Source: an uncultured bacterium
Lineage (GTDB): Bacteria > Margulisbacteria > WOR-1 > CAVSGV01
NCBI GenBank assembly: GCA_963768305.1
Contig: CAVYHE010000010.1
Coordinates: 32,001-96,000, forward strand
Direction of reading: 5' to 3'
Length of the DNA: 64,000 nt
Both the position numbers and the translations under genes were made by a program. Positions 62,107-64,000 of the stretch are shown here, piece by piece. The first letter of the stretch is position 1; every line of letters begins with the position of its first letter. The notes below the pieces were generated by a model, which saw only the letters and a program-made list of their open reading frames with translations, was not told where the DNA came from and did no database searches.

Positions 62107-62836
62107 TTATGTCAGCCTCAGGTGCATGAAAAATTCAATGTTCCCGTCACGTCCAGTGATAGGAGATGTTGTTTGTCCTAAAAACTTATAACCCAAGGCT
62201 TCTGCTCCGGCTTTCGTGTTTTTAAGGACCAATTCATGCACTTTCTTGTCCCTTATCACGCCGCCTCTCGGGACTTCGCCTTTGCCGGCTTCGAACTGCG
62301 GCTTTACCAATGTTACCACATCGCCGCCGTCTTTTAAAATGCCCGATATCGCCGGAAGTATCTTTAGTATTGATATGAAGGAGACATCCATAACCACAAG
62401 ATCGACATGTTCTAGATCGTCGGCAGTCAGTTCCCGGGCGTTTTTCCTCTCGATGACGACAACCCTTTTGTCCTGCCTCAGTTTCCAGGCGAACTGGCCG
62501 TAGCCCACGTCGATCGCGTAAACTTTTTTCGCGCCTCTCTGAAGGAGGCAATCCGTGAAGCCTCCGGTTCCCGCGCCGATATCCGCGGCAATAAGGCCTT
62601 TGACATCGACCTTGAAGTCATCCAGCGCTTTTTCCAGCTTCAATCCGCCCCTGCTGACATAGGGCATGGCGTCTCCCAGGATCCTTATATCCGACAGTCT
62701 CATCGACTTTAATGCCGGGCTTTTCGATCTTTTGTCCGTCCACGAGGATGAGTCCTGCTATGATGGCGGCTTGCGCTCTTGTTCTGGATTCAAACAGGCC
62801 TTTTTCGGCGAGGAGCTCATCAAGGCGAAGTTTCAC
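62107..62836 (-). CDS. tlyA: TlyA family rRNA 2'-O-methyltransferase (indel near 62700)
   Basis: RLDELL..KGL.ESR..AQ S4 domain; YVSRGGLKL, DIGAGTGGFTDCLLQ.GA, DVSFIS, LVKPQFEAG, GN.EF. Confidence 0.94.
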
Positions 62837-63854
62837 ATCTGATCTTTGTTTCCTTCAGGAATTTTGCGGCTTCTTCGGGGATGACGGTATTAATGTATAT
62901 GCCGGTGCCGATCTCGAATCCCGCCACCTGCGCGACGCGGGGCATGATCTGGATGTGCCAGTGGAAATATTCCAGGTCTTCTTCGTGGCATGGCGCCGAA
63001 AGGATCATGAAATTATATGCCGGATTATTGAGCGCTTTGTGCAGCTTTGCCAAGGACCTTCCTCATGACAAATCCCAGTTCTTTTGTGTCGGGCGTCGGA
63101 AATGTGCTCATAAGAAGAAGCGTGCTTTTTCGGCAGCACCCATATCTCGAACGGGGATCTTGCGGCGAACGGGACAAAAGCCAGCGAAATTATCAGTTTC
63201 AAGCACGATCCTTCGCGATTTGTCCAGTTCCTTTTTCAATACTTCGCAATATACGCAGGCGCCATTATCGTCAAAATATCTCATCGCTTCTTCCATGTAA
63301 TGCCTGATGTGGTTCGGCGTTATCGGAGTGGCGATGATCTGTGAGTGAGGATGTCTTATCGACGTCCCGGCTTCCCGTCCGTGGTTCTTGAATATCAGGA
63401 TCATTTCGAACCTAGGATCTTTTTTCAGCGCTGAGTATCTTTCCCTGTACGCAAGAAAGATCTCTTCCACCTGTTTCTGGTCCATTGTCGCCAACGATTT
63501 GTCATGGTCCGGGCCTTCGATCACGATCTCATGATCCCCGACGCCATCCATGTACCTGAAATAATCCTCGAATTTGATCCTTTTGACGTTGCCGGTCGGC
63601 ACGAGCGCGGGGAATTTATTCGGGACGACCCTGATCCACCATCCGGGAGAGTCAGGTTTTGTTCCGTAAGTCCTGAAAGCGAAAAGTTCGCCGGGAGTCA
63701 GTGATCCTCATTGCCCGGGCAAAAGGGCAGATGGTTCTTTGCCTCATCGGACTCCTTGTCATCGGGAGTAAGGAATTCTTCCGGCCGTTTTGCGCGCTCG
63801 GTCGCGATGATGACCCATTCTTTTGTCGCCGGAGTTCTGTCTTAGTTGCGGCAT
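62820..63854 (-). CDS. galT: Galactose-1-phosphate uridylyltransferase (multiple indels)
   Basis: MPQLRQ...WVIIATERAKRP, CPF.PGNE, RVVPNKFPAL, FKNHG..AGTSI.HPHSQ, HWHIQI.PR...AGFE.GTG..IN...PE. Confidence 0.92.
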
Positions 63855-63929
63855 GAAATTATTATAGCATAAATATTTACTTTTCAAGATTCACAATTAT
63901 ATTGATGCCGATCTATCCGAAAATTATCC

Positions 63930-63958
63930 TTGACAGAAATGGCTAAATTGAATATAAT
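63930..63958 (+). promoter_or_regulatory. Perfect-consensus sigma70 promoter pointing out of the window
   Basis: TTGACA(63930)-17-TATAAT(63953). Confidence 0.75.
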
Positions 63959-64000
63959 CCCAGCCCTGCAATAGATTAGCGTTTATTGCAATATCCTCTT

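Overview
Bacterial chromosomal window, probably a long-read MAG of a diderm Terrabacteria lineage (gene order and SLH-anchored outer-membrane proteins suggest Margulisbacteria or a relative; this is inference). Many single-base indels split conserved genes, mostly at 40-46 kb and 58-64 kb. Contents in order: end of the ribosomal protein operon (map-infA-rpmJ-rpsMKD-rpoA-rplQ-truA-rplM-rpsI); serine biosynthesis; an NtrC-type regulator and a REC-KaiC/RAD55 fusion; a cell-envelope/glycolipid block with two SLH outer-membrane proteins; birA-aroH-aroF-thyX; hflX-gpsA-plsY; a ~19 kb nitrogen-assimilation island (nadE, NifA-like GAF activator, exported protein, APC permease fused to a PII domain, three free PII genes, two amtB, two glnA, Fis-like protein, gltBD); mfd-pth; a chaperone-usher/WxL-like surface-fibre cluster; GH26-CBM9; a sugar ABC permease with a beta-propeller insertion; tlyA and galT. 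Top candidates for undescribed biology: (1) a sigma54 nitrogen regulon readable directly from the DNA, with four GG-N10-GC promoters each preceded by paired TACA-N4-TGTA palindromes, (2) the APC-PII fusion transporter, (3) the pilus-like cluster lacking a canonical usher. No rRNA, tRNA, CRISPR array or mobile element was seen.
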